64,000 nucleotides of DNA, taken from positions 37,350 to 101,349 of the forward strand of contig CAIXZC010000084.1 of the NCBI GenBank assembly GCA_903923815.1, written 5' to 3'. Source of the DNA: an uncultured Myxococcales bacterium. Its GTDB lineage: Bacteria > Myxococcota_A > UBA9042 > CAIXZC01. A model generated the notes under the pieces. That model was not told where the DNA came from and ran no database searches. It saw nothing but the letters and a program-made list of their open reading frames with translations. A program made the translations under genes and the position numbers. Below are positions 18,401 to 26,100 of this stretch, one piece after another; the stretch's first letter is position 1; each line of letters opens with the position of its first letter.

Positions 18401-20810
18401 CGGAGGACTTCTTCCACTGCTCCTCCAGGAACAGGGCATAGGAGTTCCACTCCCGCCCATTGGCGAACAGCGCCCGCAGGGCCGTCCAGTCCTGCTGCAT
18501 CAGCAGGATCCGCCGCAGGGCATCCCGGGCCTTCCGGGACTGGGCATTGGCGCCCAACAGCTCGTCGAAGATGCGCTTGGCCGCGCCCGGGTCCTCCAGG
18601 CGGTCCAGGTACAGGTCCCCCAGCTCTTCCAGCAAAGGCAGCCGCTCCTCCTTGCGCTTGGCCTCTCTCAGCCGCTCCTCCAAAAGGGCCGCCAGGGAGC
18701 TCCAGTCGCCGGTCTGGGCATACAGCGCCGACAGCCGCGTCCACACGGTGCGGTCCCGGGGGTTCAGCTCCGAAAGACTGCGCAGCCAGGCCACCGCATC
18801 TTCGGGCTTCTTCAGGCGGTCCAGGGCCAGCTTGGCCAGCTCCTCCAGCACCGCCGCCCGGTCCGGCCCCTTCTTGAGGCCCATGGTCTCCTTGAGGGCT
18901 TCGTAAAGCTTCTCGCTGAGGCCCCTGCTGCGGTACAGCCCCGCCAACTCCTCCCAGACCTCCAGGTCCCCGGGGTGCAGGTCCACCAGCTTCTCCAGGA
19001 CCTCCATGGCCTTCTTCTGGTTCTTCAGCTTGTCGCCCCAGATGGTCGCCAGCTCCCGCAGGGTCTCCTTCTCCTTGGTGGGGGACGAGGGGGCCGTAGC
19101 CAGCTTCTCCAGCGCCTCCGCCAGGGCACTCCAACGGCCCAGGCTGCGGAAGCGCTCCACCAGGGTCTCGGCGCAGCGCCGGTCCTCGGGGTCCAGCTCG
19201 GTGATCTTCTTGAGGGTGTTGATCTCCATCTCGGGCACGGGCAGCCGCTGGGGGTCCGCGTAGATCTCGGCGATGCGCCACAGCAGCGCCAGCTTGTCCC
19301 CGCGATCCGGCGCCTGCTCCGCCCGGGAGGCCAACAGGTCCACCAGGGAGTGCCACTTCTTCTGCCCCAGGTACAACGCCTCCAGGGCCCCCGCCGACTC
19401 TTCGTCCTGGGGATCCATGGCCAGCAGCTTCTTGAGGGCGTCCGCCGCCCGCTCGGGCGAGCCAATCTCCTCCGCCACCCGGGCCATCTCGCGCAGCACC
19501 TCCACGCGCTCGCCCTCGTCCTCCTCCACGGCCAGCCGCGACGACAGGGCGCTGTACAGCTTCCTGGGGTCACCGGTCCGGCGGTGGTATTCCTCGTAGA
19601 ACAGCAGGCCCGCCCGGTTCTTCGGGTCAATGGACCGGATGCGTCTGTACAGCTTCTCTGCGCGCTCCAGATCCCCCACGCTGGTCCACGCCAGCTGGGC
19701 CTCCAGTTCCAGGATGCGCTGCTCCTCTTCCCGGCTCTGGGTGGCCTGCCGCGCCTCCCCCAGCAGATCCATCGCTTCGGTCCACAGGCCCGCGGTGCCC
19801 AGCAGGGCCACCTGATCCTGCAGCAGGGTCAGGCTCACGCCGCCGCTGCTCTCCTCGCGCAGCTCCCGCAGGGTCCCCAGGGCCTCCACTTTTGCCCCCG
19901 CCACCAGCAGCACCCGCGCCTTCTCCAGGCGATATTCCAGTCTTTGAGTGGGATCCTTCGCGGCCGCCGCGGCGACCTCAAACACCTGCCCCATGTCCGC
20001 CGCCCGCCCCGCCCGCTCCAGCCCATCCAGCAGGGGCCAGAAGGCCAGGGCCTGGACCTCGGCGTTGCGGTGATGCTTCAGATACACGGCCAGGAGGGCC
20101 TCCAGGGCCGCCCCATCATTGGGGTCCACGGACAGCTTGAGGCGCGCCAGCCTGGCCCCCTCCTCGGGGGTCTTGGCGCCGGCCTTGTCCAGCTCCTCCA
20201 CTTGGGTCCCCAGCATGGTCAACAGCCCCGCCAGGCGCTCCGCCTCCTTCTTGGCCTCAGCCGCCTTGGCCCCCCGCACGCTGGCCGCCGCCAGGCACTG
20301 CTCCCGGGCCGCCGCGGGCTCGCCCATGCTCAGCAGGATCTGTCCCAGCCGCAGGCAGCTCTCGGCCTTCGCCGCGCCCTTCTCCCGGGCCACCACCTGC
20401 CGCAGGATCCGCGCCGCAGGTCGCAGCTCCCCGGCCTCCTCCAGCAGGGCCACCACGTCCTGGGCCACCGCCGCCACGGGGTTGGCCGCCCAGGCCTGCA
20501 CCGCCAGCACCAACGCCTCGGGGCGCCGGTCGGGTTGGGCAAACAGCGCCCTGGCCAGCCGCAGCTTGAGCTCCGCCGCCAGGGGCCCCTGCCCCAACAC
20601 CTCCCCGTGCCGCCGGACTGCCTCCACCACGCGGCGGGACAGCTGCTCCCGGACCTGCGCAGTCTCGGGCGCCTCCAACAGCGTGACGAAATCCCGGTAC
20701 AACTCTTCCCAGTGGTTCCGGCGCGAATGGGACAGCACCAGTTCGTCCAGGAGGGAGTGGTTCTGGGGAGCGGACTTGATCTGGTCGAGCAACTCGCGGC
20801 TTCTGGCCAT
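9438..20810 (-). CDS. Giant tetratricopeptide-like (TPR) helical repeat protein, 3,790 aa
   Basis: One uninterrupted ORF (track 9438..20867). ATG 20810 (MARSRELLDQIKS...) is preferred over the TTG at 20867. The whole length is Leu/Ala/Glu/Arg-rich with ~34-aa periodic W/Y..A...Y/L..L...P..D/E..A...L patterns typical of TPR. No other domain is recognisable. Confidence 0.85.
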   Translation of the reverse strand: MARSRELLDQIKSAPQNHSLLDELVLSHSRRNHWEELYRDFVTLLEAPETAQVREQLSRRVVEAVRRHGEVLGQGPLAAELKLRLARALFAQPDRRPEALVLAVQAWAANPVAAVAQDVVALLEEAGELRPAARILRQVVAREKGAAKAESCLRLGQILLSMGEPAAAREQCLAAASVRGAKAAEAKKEAERLAGLLTMLGTQVEELDKAGAKTPEEGARLARLKLSVDPNDGAALEALLAVYLKHHRNAEVQALAFWPLLDGLERAGRAADMGQVFEVAAAAAKDPTQRLEYRLEKARVLLVAGAKVEALGTLRELREESSGGVSLTLLQDQVALLGTAGLWTEAMDLLGEARQATQSREEEQRILELEAQLAWTSVGDLERAEKLYRRIRSIDPKNRAGLLFYEEYHRRTGDPRKLYSALSSRLAVEEDEGERVEVLREMARVAEEIGSPERAADALKKLLAMDPQDEESAGALEALYLGQKKWHSLVDLLASRAEQAPDRGDKLALLWRIAEIYADPQRLPVPEMEINTLKKITELDPEDRRCAETLVERFRSLGRWSALAEALEKLATAPSSPTKEKETLRELATIWGDKLKNQKKAMEVLEKLVDLHPGDLEVWEELAGLYRSRGLSEKLYEALKETMGLKKGPDRAAVLEELAKLALDRLKKPEDAVAWLRSLSELNPRDRTVWTRLSALYAQTGDWSSLAALLEERLREAKRKEERLPLLEELGDLYLDRLEDPGAAKRIFDELLGANAQSRKARDALRRILLMQQDWTALRALFANGREWNSYALFLEEQWKKSSGELARGIGRELAYAAMELMQDKERAERYLHELLGKVPDAVEDARNLLERFKTANTDRRLRALSVLADHAGGQEAERASLDLARLLEEAGKSEESHQRTLALLEAQLMSGKDQLFDAAVERAETADSLAELVDRLDRLAEDLPDEDLAARVVTRTAAVLRERLRDLAGAVELLQKYRLRLPHSVEILEEMQRLYLAMGDLAQLEETLEALCELPLPSALLREKLLTLARLHEEALADLEKAAGDYRRLLALSPQDEEAHQGLVRVLEEGEDFGGVVEALEARLPVLKDHQERVYTMLRASTLLWRQLEDPFRTSELLARLLGEEPGLAPAVALAEDVFEKTDEDCGAGELLKNHYRDTGASEALGRLLVTQAARTEDPEHRLELFLEAAEALATVEGTAEELYHILTQALQLSPFRGDLLQRCNEAAELSGHLLDFSTFLSASLEASEGGEGGEGDPRDGALLLARIAQHELKDLDLAAEALRQALRFHPDDLALMDRLELVLEEAGDSEELLTLLRQKEALVFEQDQRVALHRKLAELVLALGGRDEEAMEWLAALLGEVDEDTQAADRLEELYSANERWDELADLLRKRLAWLQGPQRSHRIHDLAQLLMQRLGKPQEALDLLESLLEDESFERATVGDSLAALVAGSKEEDMPAAVVARATELLLPLLTEAQDWERLAMVLAIRAEAEENGTEAAGFWLRLSHLREERLGDAVGAFEAAAQALKQNPGDEAAAQRVQTCALDAGQQEQALKLLQGTCDSGEGCQNPKALELLSELLMEKGQEKKAAGYLEKLLELAPDEASHYRRLLEAYSTLNRSEDRCALLERYLPLIEDPEERSDQLALLGHLQVELGRTVEAEATLRKLLGDGADLENPRDRAAMGLLEELLSREENWFELVEFLKFKAERLGDQAEKVETLVQAAMLQEERLENPDAAVELYKTAWLLERSAELSAALERLLMAVGRFPELAEVYERLLEDEPAKAERQRLLMALASIEALELGRIEAAVGHLGELVGLDPSDRKAGGLLTRITEEHPDQSFHASELLAAHLESVEEWKKLAWVLMTQIERFPGDISVVDKHRALAELYDGKLDDADGAFFHTSRAFRLEPGSERVHEALLEYAEKRGAWDELFDIYIDVLVELATAEERNNLRRKMAKLYHDRLEDFERSEVLYKDMLDDDPADRGARERLSVLYEQNSEWEKLVDLKKQTLELQKTAEGRIAVLFEMASLQAEKLELPDEAMDTLEAILALDPTQKDAYRSLEFLHFGKDDPSGAAAVIKRELAHLQDPEERREGRLRLVHLLMNEIGDLGAALDEVHEGLQDGSTDDGVVALLEEQRDRLETVEPRLVETLVELYAGDRDRTVLLFQWAAALCSDRTDKLQWFEKVYQLRLSAPVDDLGAYAVAKIETLLDPDDGTYLRRAIKHARSAGSLDDLVGFLKGLLASGQPGDERLACELKAELASLLWVGKAREEALPLWTELKDGPFGDLAEAARGSLLEAWKTLDRVEEYAAALLEGAELLPAKDARGPMLEAAELLAERLERRAEGAAVLGRLADMLPEDDDIQDRLEEALTSLEKREDLENLLRRRMARASGDEALAIRLRLAALLLEDRARVEDGGQELMDVLREHPENEEAPTLLETLFLDESQDGDLRRRFGTALLEHLETTDQYARTAGLVEALLGITEDELDRLGLLRRAAILREKAGDTEEAFEHLAAALTLAPGDGGLEQALEQACAKLGNQQRLKEVWVAVSSQDPGLEAGYIGRAARISAKFEDAQEETAALYEELLGLSPADTEALSWLENFYSLKGDHKGLVRILETRADSADEQGRTAIGMELADLYLSLGEVPKAVDWYNELLTRPAVAQDAFEKLCALYQREEKWEWLRDLYQAHLPTVKGKDRRKDMLSRLAMLEEQFLGAHEDALNHFNEILVLDPKSVFALNGLRRCFRVLDMNEELSAVNSKLVPLTSDPEERAELHRERAYVLIHSLEDGQRALEDIDALLEMAPDSEDAYGFLLELTQGENAVAAAAAQRLRGLAQARESWQDALSAVLVLMNDKDGPERFALAREAALIRLEHLGDAAAAMALLGAVLEERSDLPDIWEAVERVAFTGNLLEDFGALLRKHAAGCPEPKLAWELSLKLAMLLEKKLGRPEEAVEERLRIHAEHPEDTDNIAALERLLLEAGRFPELAELYETVLSSASARELRLSTLLKLGFLKEDKLEDKAGAIEVYRDVLSLDAGNLAAVARLDALMDDPVYGPGVLEILEPVHRASSPDKHLKILLARAREARDMTDRARYLVEAAALTDKVPGAAPEVFAALLATIPDLSLSLEEIQVHAERLAESLGGWLELAHALDQRLGAPEATEDLTGLRRLALIYEDKCNLPARAELKLRQILAADPEDDFALARLAGILERQPQRGTELKENLEQMALSANQDRRLEALEALARLARQTGDREGLRSALQRLAEMEPERGELLTEQEALLGSLGDWPALAELLERLATMGTPEEQRQRRLRLAGVLKEKLGRPDRASAILEDLIVDNPQDFGAVRALVSLLQEEGNWRRAAELLLASTSEAELEETLERLDEALAIALDKVGDRALGRRILERALELHPGHLGNQLKLVELLEAEEDFEGAAAMWDKVAEATEDPEAQAEAIHMGTRLLARTSIDPTELLARVGRTLALKADLFDARKLALEVLEKQGRWDEAFDAWMGLAAEDQANRGAALAGAARIKLHQMDDPKGAMEILESRGAKASDTPALRELLLDALEKTGRHQELIDRLAEELATTTDQSRRSELCRRTAVAYRDGLGRADKFLSWIEEAHKAEENPAIVEELLTHYRSVGDRKRVLGLLQWKVDHLVSRRKMKDVPALLLEMATIHEALGDPDKALEDLRRAEGVDASNLAVLMNLARLLTGLGDSDEALKILQILVVRIGELADEEQRIFVYLSLARATLAAGQKSKAKQYLSRLLAIRKYHQEAIDLLEQIQKS

Positions 20811-20982
20811 CTTCTTTACCCCGAAGCTAAGTGCCAGCCCTGCATAATTCCCTGACTCGGCACACAAATCAGGTAGTGCTTTGGGAACACAGGACTTTCG
20901 GTTACTCTAGCCCGAACAATATGTAGGGGCAAACGGTTTGTGGGCCCCATTGGCCGTGGATTTCGAACCCCCAGAGGTCTCC

Positions 20983-21630
20983 ATGGAACTGAAGAACTTC
21001 CTCACCGAAAAACGCCTCGAGCGCATCGACGCCGTGCTCGAGAAGAGGACCCGCAACCTCACCCTCCTGTTGGAGGACATCTATGACCCCCACAACGTGG
21101 CGGCCTGCATCCGCTCCGCCGAAGGGCTGGGCCTCCAGGAGGTCCACGTCATCTCCAAGAGCGGCGCCTTCAAGCCCCACCCCAAGGTCGTCCAGGGCGG
21201 CGGCAAGTGGGTGGAGATCAGCGGCTATCGCAGCGCCACCGAGGCGGCCCAGGCCCTCAAGGCCCGGGGCTTTGCCATCTACGCCGGGGCCCTTCGGGAG
21301 GACGCCGTGCCCATCCAGTCCCTGGACTTTGGCGGCAAGGTCGCGGTGGCCTTCGGCAACGAGCACGACGGCCTCAGCCCCGAGCTGCTGGCCCTGGCGG
21401 ACCGGGTCTTCTTCATCCCCATGCGGGGCTTCACCCAAAGCTTCAACATCTCAGTGGCCACGGGCATGGGGCTGTTCCACGCCACCGAAGAGCGGCGTCG
21501 GCTGCTGGGGGCCTCGGGGGACCTGGACCCCGCAGACAAAGAGCGGCTGCGGAGCCTCTGGATCGAGTACTCCATTCCCAAGGTCGAGTTGTTGAAGAAG
21601 GAGCTGGCCTCCCGCCAGCCGGAGGACTAG
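20983..21630 (+). CDS. trmH: tRNA (guanosine-2'-O)-methyltransferase, SpoU/TrmH family
   Basis: From ATG 20983 (AGAGG upstream) the protein is collinear with E. coli TrmH: LEDIYDPHNVAACIRSAEGLGLQEVHVI, GNEHDGLS, IPMRGFTQSFNISVATGMGLF. The 15 upstream codons in the track ORF were discarded. Confidence 0.88.
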   Translation: MELKNFLTEKRLERIDAVLEKRTRNLTLLLEDIYDPHNVAACIRSAEGLGLQEVHVISKSGAFKPHPKVVQGGGKWVEISGYRSATEAAQALKARGFAIYAGALREDAVPIQSLDFGGKVAVAFGNEHDGLSPELLALADRVFFIPMRGFTQSFNISVATGMGLFHATEERRRLLGASGDLDPADKERLRSLWIEYSIPKVELLKKELASRQPED

Positions 21631-21670
21631 CGCAGGTACTGGACGGGGACTAGCGCAGGTACTGGACGCG
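21625..21670. repeat. 23-bp tandem duplication (2 copies) between convergent genes
   Basis: gactagcgcaggtactggacg occurs at 21625..21645 and again at 21648..21668. The trmH stop TAG (21628..21630) lies in copy 1, and the stop of the minus-strand gene (21650..21652) lies in copy 2. Confidence 0.9.
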
Positions 21671-22042
21671 GTGCTCGAAGACCCAGCGCACCTTGGTCAC
21701 CAGCAGGTCCACCTCGGTGTAGCCCGGGACCAGCAGCTCGTTGGACTCCATCACCCAGTCAATGGCATCCCAGTAAATCTTCACGTCCCGCTGGTGCAAC
21801 TTGATGATGGCCTCAATCTCGTCGAAGAGGTCGTCCTCACAGGCCGCCGCGACGCAGCTGTAGGACATCTCTGGCATGTTCTTCTCCAGGTCCTTCTCGA
21901 AGCCCAGGACGTCAATGGCGGCCACGCCGAACTTGAAGGCCAGGAAGACGCCCACCACAAACAAGGGAATGGTCACCAACAGCTTCAGGTTGGCCATGCC
22001 GGCCTGTCCCAGCTTTACGGCAGCAATCTGGCGAGGGTTCAT
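21650..22042 (-). CDS. Hypothetical small membrane protein (130 aa)
   Basis: ATG 22042 is preceded by AAGGAG with a 7-nt spacer. One TM segment is present (LKLLVTIPLFVVGVFLAFKFGVAAI). No family is recognisable. Its last 7 codons lie inside a 23-bp tandem duplication. Confidence 0.55.
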   Translation of the reverse strand: MNPRQIAAVKLGQAGMANLKLLVTIPLFVVGVFLAFKFGVAAIDVLGFEKDLEKNMPEMSYSCVAAACEDDLFDEIEAIIKLHQRDVKIYWDAIDWVMESNELLVPGYTEVDLLVTKVRWVFEHRVQYLR

Positions 22043-22207
22043 GGCGATGCTCCTTTGGCGCAAAGTTCACGCGGACGAATATAGGGGGCCTTGGGGGACT
22101 TGTCCAAACTTCTGATAGCCAAGTTGACATATCGCCTACGGCCATAAATCCGGGTTCTCCCGGAGGGCAAGCTGCGCTATGATGACGGCCCACGACGGGA
22201 GGCTAGC

Positions 22208-23134
22208 TTGGGCTGGGTCATCCTCAAGGCCGGGTATCTGTGCAACAACCGCTGCAGGTTCTGCCACTGCGAGGACCTTCGGGGCGTGCCCAGCCTGCCC
22301 GGTCCCGCCCTGCGCCGCACGCTGCAGGCGGCCCGGGCCCGGGGCTTTCAGGGTGTCTGGCTGTCCGGTGGCGAGCCCGCCCTTCGCAAGGATCTGCTGT
22401 CCCTGGCGCAGCTCTGCCGGGACCTGGGCCTGGGCCTGGGCCTCATCACCAACGGCCGCATGCTGGCCTATCCGGACCTGCTCCAGGGGCTCCTGGCCGC
22501 GGGGCTGGATCGCCTCCACGTCTCGCTCCATGGCCCGGCGCCCATCCACGATGCCCTGGTGCGGGTCCCCGGGGCCTTCGCCCAGACCGCCGCAGCCCTG
22601 GCGCTGCTGGAGGGTAGGGCGGTGGACACCACCATCAACACGGTGGTGTGCAACCTGAACCTCTCCGCCCTGGAGGACCTGGCCCGTTCCCCCGTCCTGG
22701 CCCCCCATCGCTGGAAGCTCAGCGTGGTGGAGCCCCGGGGGGCCGCCGCCTCCGAACCCGCCGCCCTCGTCCCCCACCCGGAGGCCGCCGCCGCCGCCAT
22801 CCAGGCCGCCCTGGACGTGGCCCTTGGGGCCGGTCACCCCCGCGCCCTCCTGGCCTGGGATGGCCTGCCCCTGTGCACCATGTTGGCGGCCGCGGACCTG
22901 TTTCGCCCCCTGCCCGGCTTTGGCATCACCGCCATGGTGGAGGCCGACGAGTGCGACTTCCACCAGGTGGACTACCTGAACGCCTGCCGTCAGCCGGCGT
23001 GCCGGGGCTGTACCATTAATGAATGTCTTGGCTGGTGGCGAGGCGCCTGGGCCCTCCACCCCCAGTTCCAGCCCCGTCCCCAGGGGCAACCCAGGCCAGC
23101 CTCCCCAACCCCAGACGAAAGGGCAGGGCCATGA
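22208..23134 (+). CDS. Radical SAM domain protein
   Basis: A TTG start at 22208 lies 5 nt after GGGAGG. The CxxxCxxC cluster sits at the N-terminus (LCNNRCRFCHC), with GGEP and a TIM-barrel-like core. The Cys-containing C-terminus (CRQPACRGC) may be an auxiliary-cluster region. The subfamily was not determined. Confidence 0.72.
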   Translation: MGWVILKAGYLCNNRCRFCHCEDLRGVPSLPGPALRRTLQAARARGFQGVWLSGGEPALRKDLLSLAQLCRDLGLGLGLITNGRMLAYPDLLQGLLAAGLDRLHVSLHGPAPIHDALVRVPGAFAQTAAALALLEGRAVDTTINTVVCNLNLSALEDLARSPVLAPHRWKLSVVEPRGAAASEPAALVPHPEAAAAAIQAALDVALGAGHPRALLAWDGLPLCTMLAAADLFRPLPGFGITAMVEADECDFHQVDYLNACRQPACRGCTINECLGWWRGAWALHPQFQPRPQGQPRPASPTPDERAGP

Positions 23135-26100
23135 AGGATCTGTTCAGCAGGGCCCCGGACAAACCCCAGGAAAACAAACCCGACGAGCGCCCCTCCCTGT
23201 GCCTCATCGACGGCACGGCCTTCATCTTCCGGGCCTTCCACGCCCTGCCCAAGCTCAGCAACAGCAAGGGCCTGACCACCAACGCCGTGGCGGGCTTCCT
23301 GGCCATGATCCTGAAGCTGCGCCGGGCCAAGGGCTGCTCCCGCTTCGTGGTGGTGCTGGACGCCGGCGCGGAGACCTTCCGCAAGCGCCTCTATCCCCCC
23401 TACAAGGCCAACCGTCCCCCCCTGCCCGAGGAGCTGCGCCAACAACTCCCCCTCATCCAGCCCCTCACCGAGGCCCTGGGCCTCCCCGTGCTGGCCATCC
23501 CCGATGTGGAGGCCGATGACGTCATCGCCACCCTGGCGGGCCGGGCAGACAAGGCGGGCCTGGAGGTCACCATCATCTCCTCGGACAAGGACCTCATGCA
23601 GCTTGTGGGCCCCCGGGTCACCATGTACGACCCCATCGGCGAGCGCCGCTTCGATCCCGCCGCCGTGGAGGAGCGCTTCGGCGTGCCCCCCGCCCAGGTC
23701 GTGGAGGTCCAGGCCCTCAGCGGGGACTCCGTGGACAACGTCCCCGGCGTCAAGGGCATCGGCCCCAAGGGCGCGGCGGACCTCATCCGCCAGTTTGGCA
23801 CCGTGGAGAAGCTCTACGCGTCCCTTCATAAAGTGGACAAACCCCGCACCCGCAAGCTGCTCGAGGACAGCGCCGCGGACGCCCACATCTCCCGCCAACT
23901 GGTGGAGCTCAAGAAGGACGTGGCCCTGCCCCCCCTCTTCGAGCTGGTAGAGCGCCCCCCCGACCAGCAGCGCCTCCTGGAGCTCCTCACCGACCTGGAG
24001 TTCAAGAAGCAGATCAAGGAACTGGGGCTCGAGCAGGCCCAGGCAGCCGCCCAGGTGTCCGTCCAGTCCCCCATGCCCCCCGTGACCCTGGTGGACAGCC
24101 CCCAGGCCCTGGCCCAGCTTGCCCGGGATCTGGAGGCCGCCCCCCGCTTTGCGTTGGACACCGAGACCACCTCCCTCAACCCCATGCAGGCGGGCCTCGT
24201 GGGTCTCTCCTTCAGCACCGCCCAGGATCGCATCTGGTACCTCCCCGTGGGCCACCGCGGTCCCCTGGCGGGCACCCAGCTTCCTCTGGACCAGGTGCGC
24301 GACGTCCTGGGTCCCCTGCTGGGCCGGGCCGACGGCCGCAAGGTGGGCCAGAATCACAAGTTCGACCGCCTCGTCCTGCGGGCCAACCAGGTCCCCATCG
24401 CCGGCCTGGGCTTCGACACCCTGCTGGCCTCCGCCCTGCTGGACCCCCAGCGGGACTCCCACTCCCTGGATGCCCTGGCCCTCAGCCATCTGGGCTGGAA
24501 CACCATCAAATTCCAGGAGGTGACGTCCCGCAGCGGCATGGACCTGGGCTTCGAGGATGTGCCCGTGCTGGAGGCCGCCCGGTACTCCGGCGAGGATGCC
24601 TGGGTCACCCTGCGCCTCTTCGACCACCTCTCCCCCGAGCTGGAGGCCTCCCCCCTGGCCCCCCTCTTCCATGACGTGGAGATCCCCGTCTGCGAGATCC
24701 TGGCCGACATGGAATTTCGTGGCATCACCGTGGACTGTGCCTTCCTCGACGAATTGGCCGTCCGCTTCCGGCAGTCCCTGGCGGACCTGGAGAAGCGCAT
24801 CCACTACCACGCGGGCTTCGCCTTCAACATCAACTCCACCAAACAGCTCGCGGATCTGCTGTTCGCGCGCCTGAATCTGCCCGTGGTGAAGAAGACCAAG
24901 ACCGGGGCTTCCACGGACAGCGTGGTCCTAGAGGAGCTCAAGCACCTCCACCCGGTCCCCGCCCTGGTCCTGGAGTACCGGGGCCTCTCCAAGCTCCTGT
25001 CCACCTATGTGGAGGCCCTGCCCGCCCTGGTGAACCCCCGCACCGGGCGCATCCACACATCCTTCCATCAGGCGGTCACCGCCACGGGCCGCCTGTCCAG
25101 CTCCGACCCCAACCTCCAGAACATCCCCGTCCACACCCCCGAGGGCCGCCTCATCCGCAAGGCCTTCGTGCCGGGCCCGGGCAAGCTCTTCCTGGCCGCC
25201 GACTACTCCCAGGTGGAGCTGCGCGTCATGGCCCACCTCTCCGGCGACCCGGGCCTCCTGGAGGCCTTCCGCAACGGCGAGGACATCCACACCCGCACCG
25301 CCTGCGAGCTCTTCGGCTACAAGCCCGAGCAGGTGGGCAACGCCGAGCGCAGCCTCGCCAAGACCATCAACTTCGGCGTCCTCTACGGCATGACCTCCTT
25401 CCGGTTGGCCCGGGACATGGGCATCAGCCGCAAGCGCGCCCAGGAGTTCATCGACACCTACTTCGAGCGCTTCGCCGGCGTGAGGCGCTACATGGATGAG
25501 ACCCTCAAGATAGCCCGCGAGCAGGGCCAGGTCACCACCCTGCTGGGCCGCCGCCGCCCCATCCCCGAGCTCCACGCCCGGGACGGCTCCGTGCGCGCCC
25601 ACGGCGAACGCATGGCCGTCAACACCCCCGTCCAGGGTTCCGCCGCCGACATCGTCAAGCTGGCCATGATCGCCTGCGCTCGGGACCTGGCCCCCCTGGC
25701 GGGCCAGGCGGACCTCCTCCTGCAGGTCCACGACGAGCTCATCTTCGAGGTGGACGCCCCCCTGGCTCCCCAGCTCTCCGGCCAGATGGTCAAGCTCATG
25801 GAGGGCGCCTACACCCTGGCCACCCCCCTCAAGGTGGACGCCGGCACGGGCCCCAACTGGGCCGACATTGAGAAAATCCGCCGCCCCAGCACCGCCGCCC
25901 CCACTCCCCCCCCCGCCCCCCGCCTCCCCCCCCCCAGGGCATGCTCTTCTAGGTGGGGTCGGTTCCTTCCAACTCCCACGGTGGGGTCGGTTCCTTCCAA
26001 CTCCCATGGTGGGGTCGGTTCCCCCCCTCCCTCCGTCCCCGTCCCCGCGCCGCTGTCCCCTACCGAAAAACCCGCTTTCCCCCCGCGCCCCCCTGCATTA

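Noticed and set aside
9771-20855. 2,685-aa and 998-aa plus-strand ORFs (9771..17828 and 17859..20855)
   Set aside because: They are antisense shadows of the TPR gene. The Gln/Leu/Pro/Gly/Arg-rich translation has no structure, whereas the minus strand gives coherent TPR repeats end to end.
20945-20980. tRNA-like T-loop string (minus strand ggttcgaaatcc)
   Set aside because: The flanks cannot form the 5-bp T-stem. No acceptor, D or anticodon arms can be drawn. The loop has an extra base relative to GTTCGAATC. The string lies just upstream of the trmH start.
22136-26007. Minus-strand ORFs 22136..23089, 22990..24810 and 24928..26007
   Set aside because: They lie antisense to the radical SAM and polA genes, whose sense translations have unmistakable family motifs. 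The antisense translations are Gly/Ala/Val/Leu/Gln-rich.
25952-26022. Possible CRISPR array
   Set aside because: The 28-bp units are directly adjacent with no spacers and there are only 2.5 copies. No cas genes are in the window.
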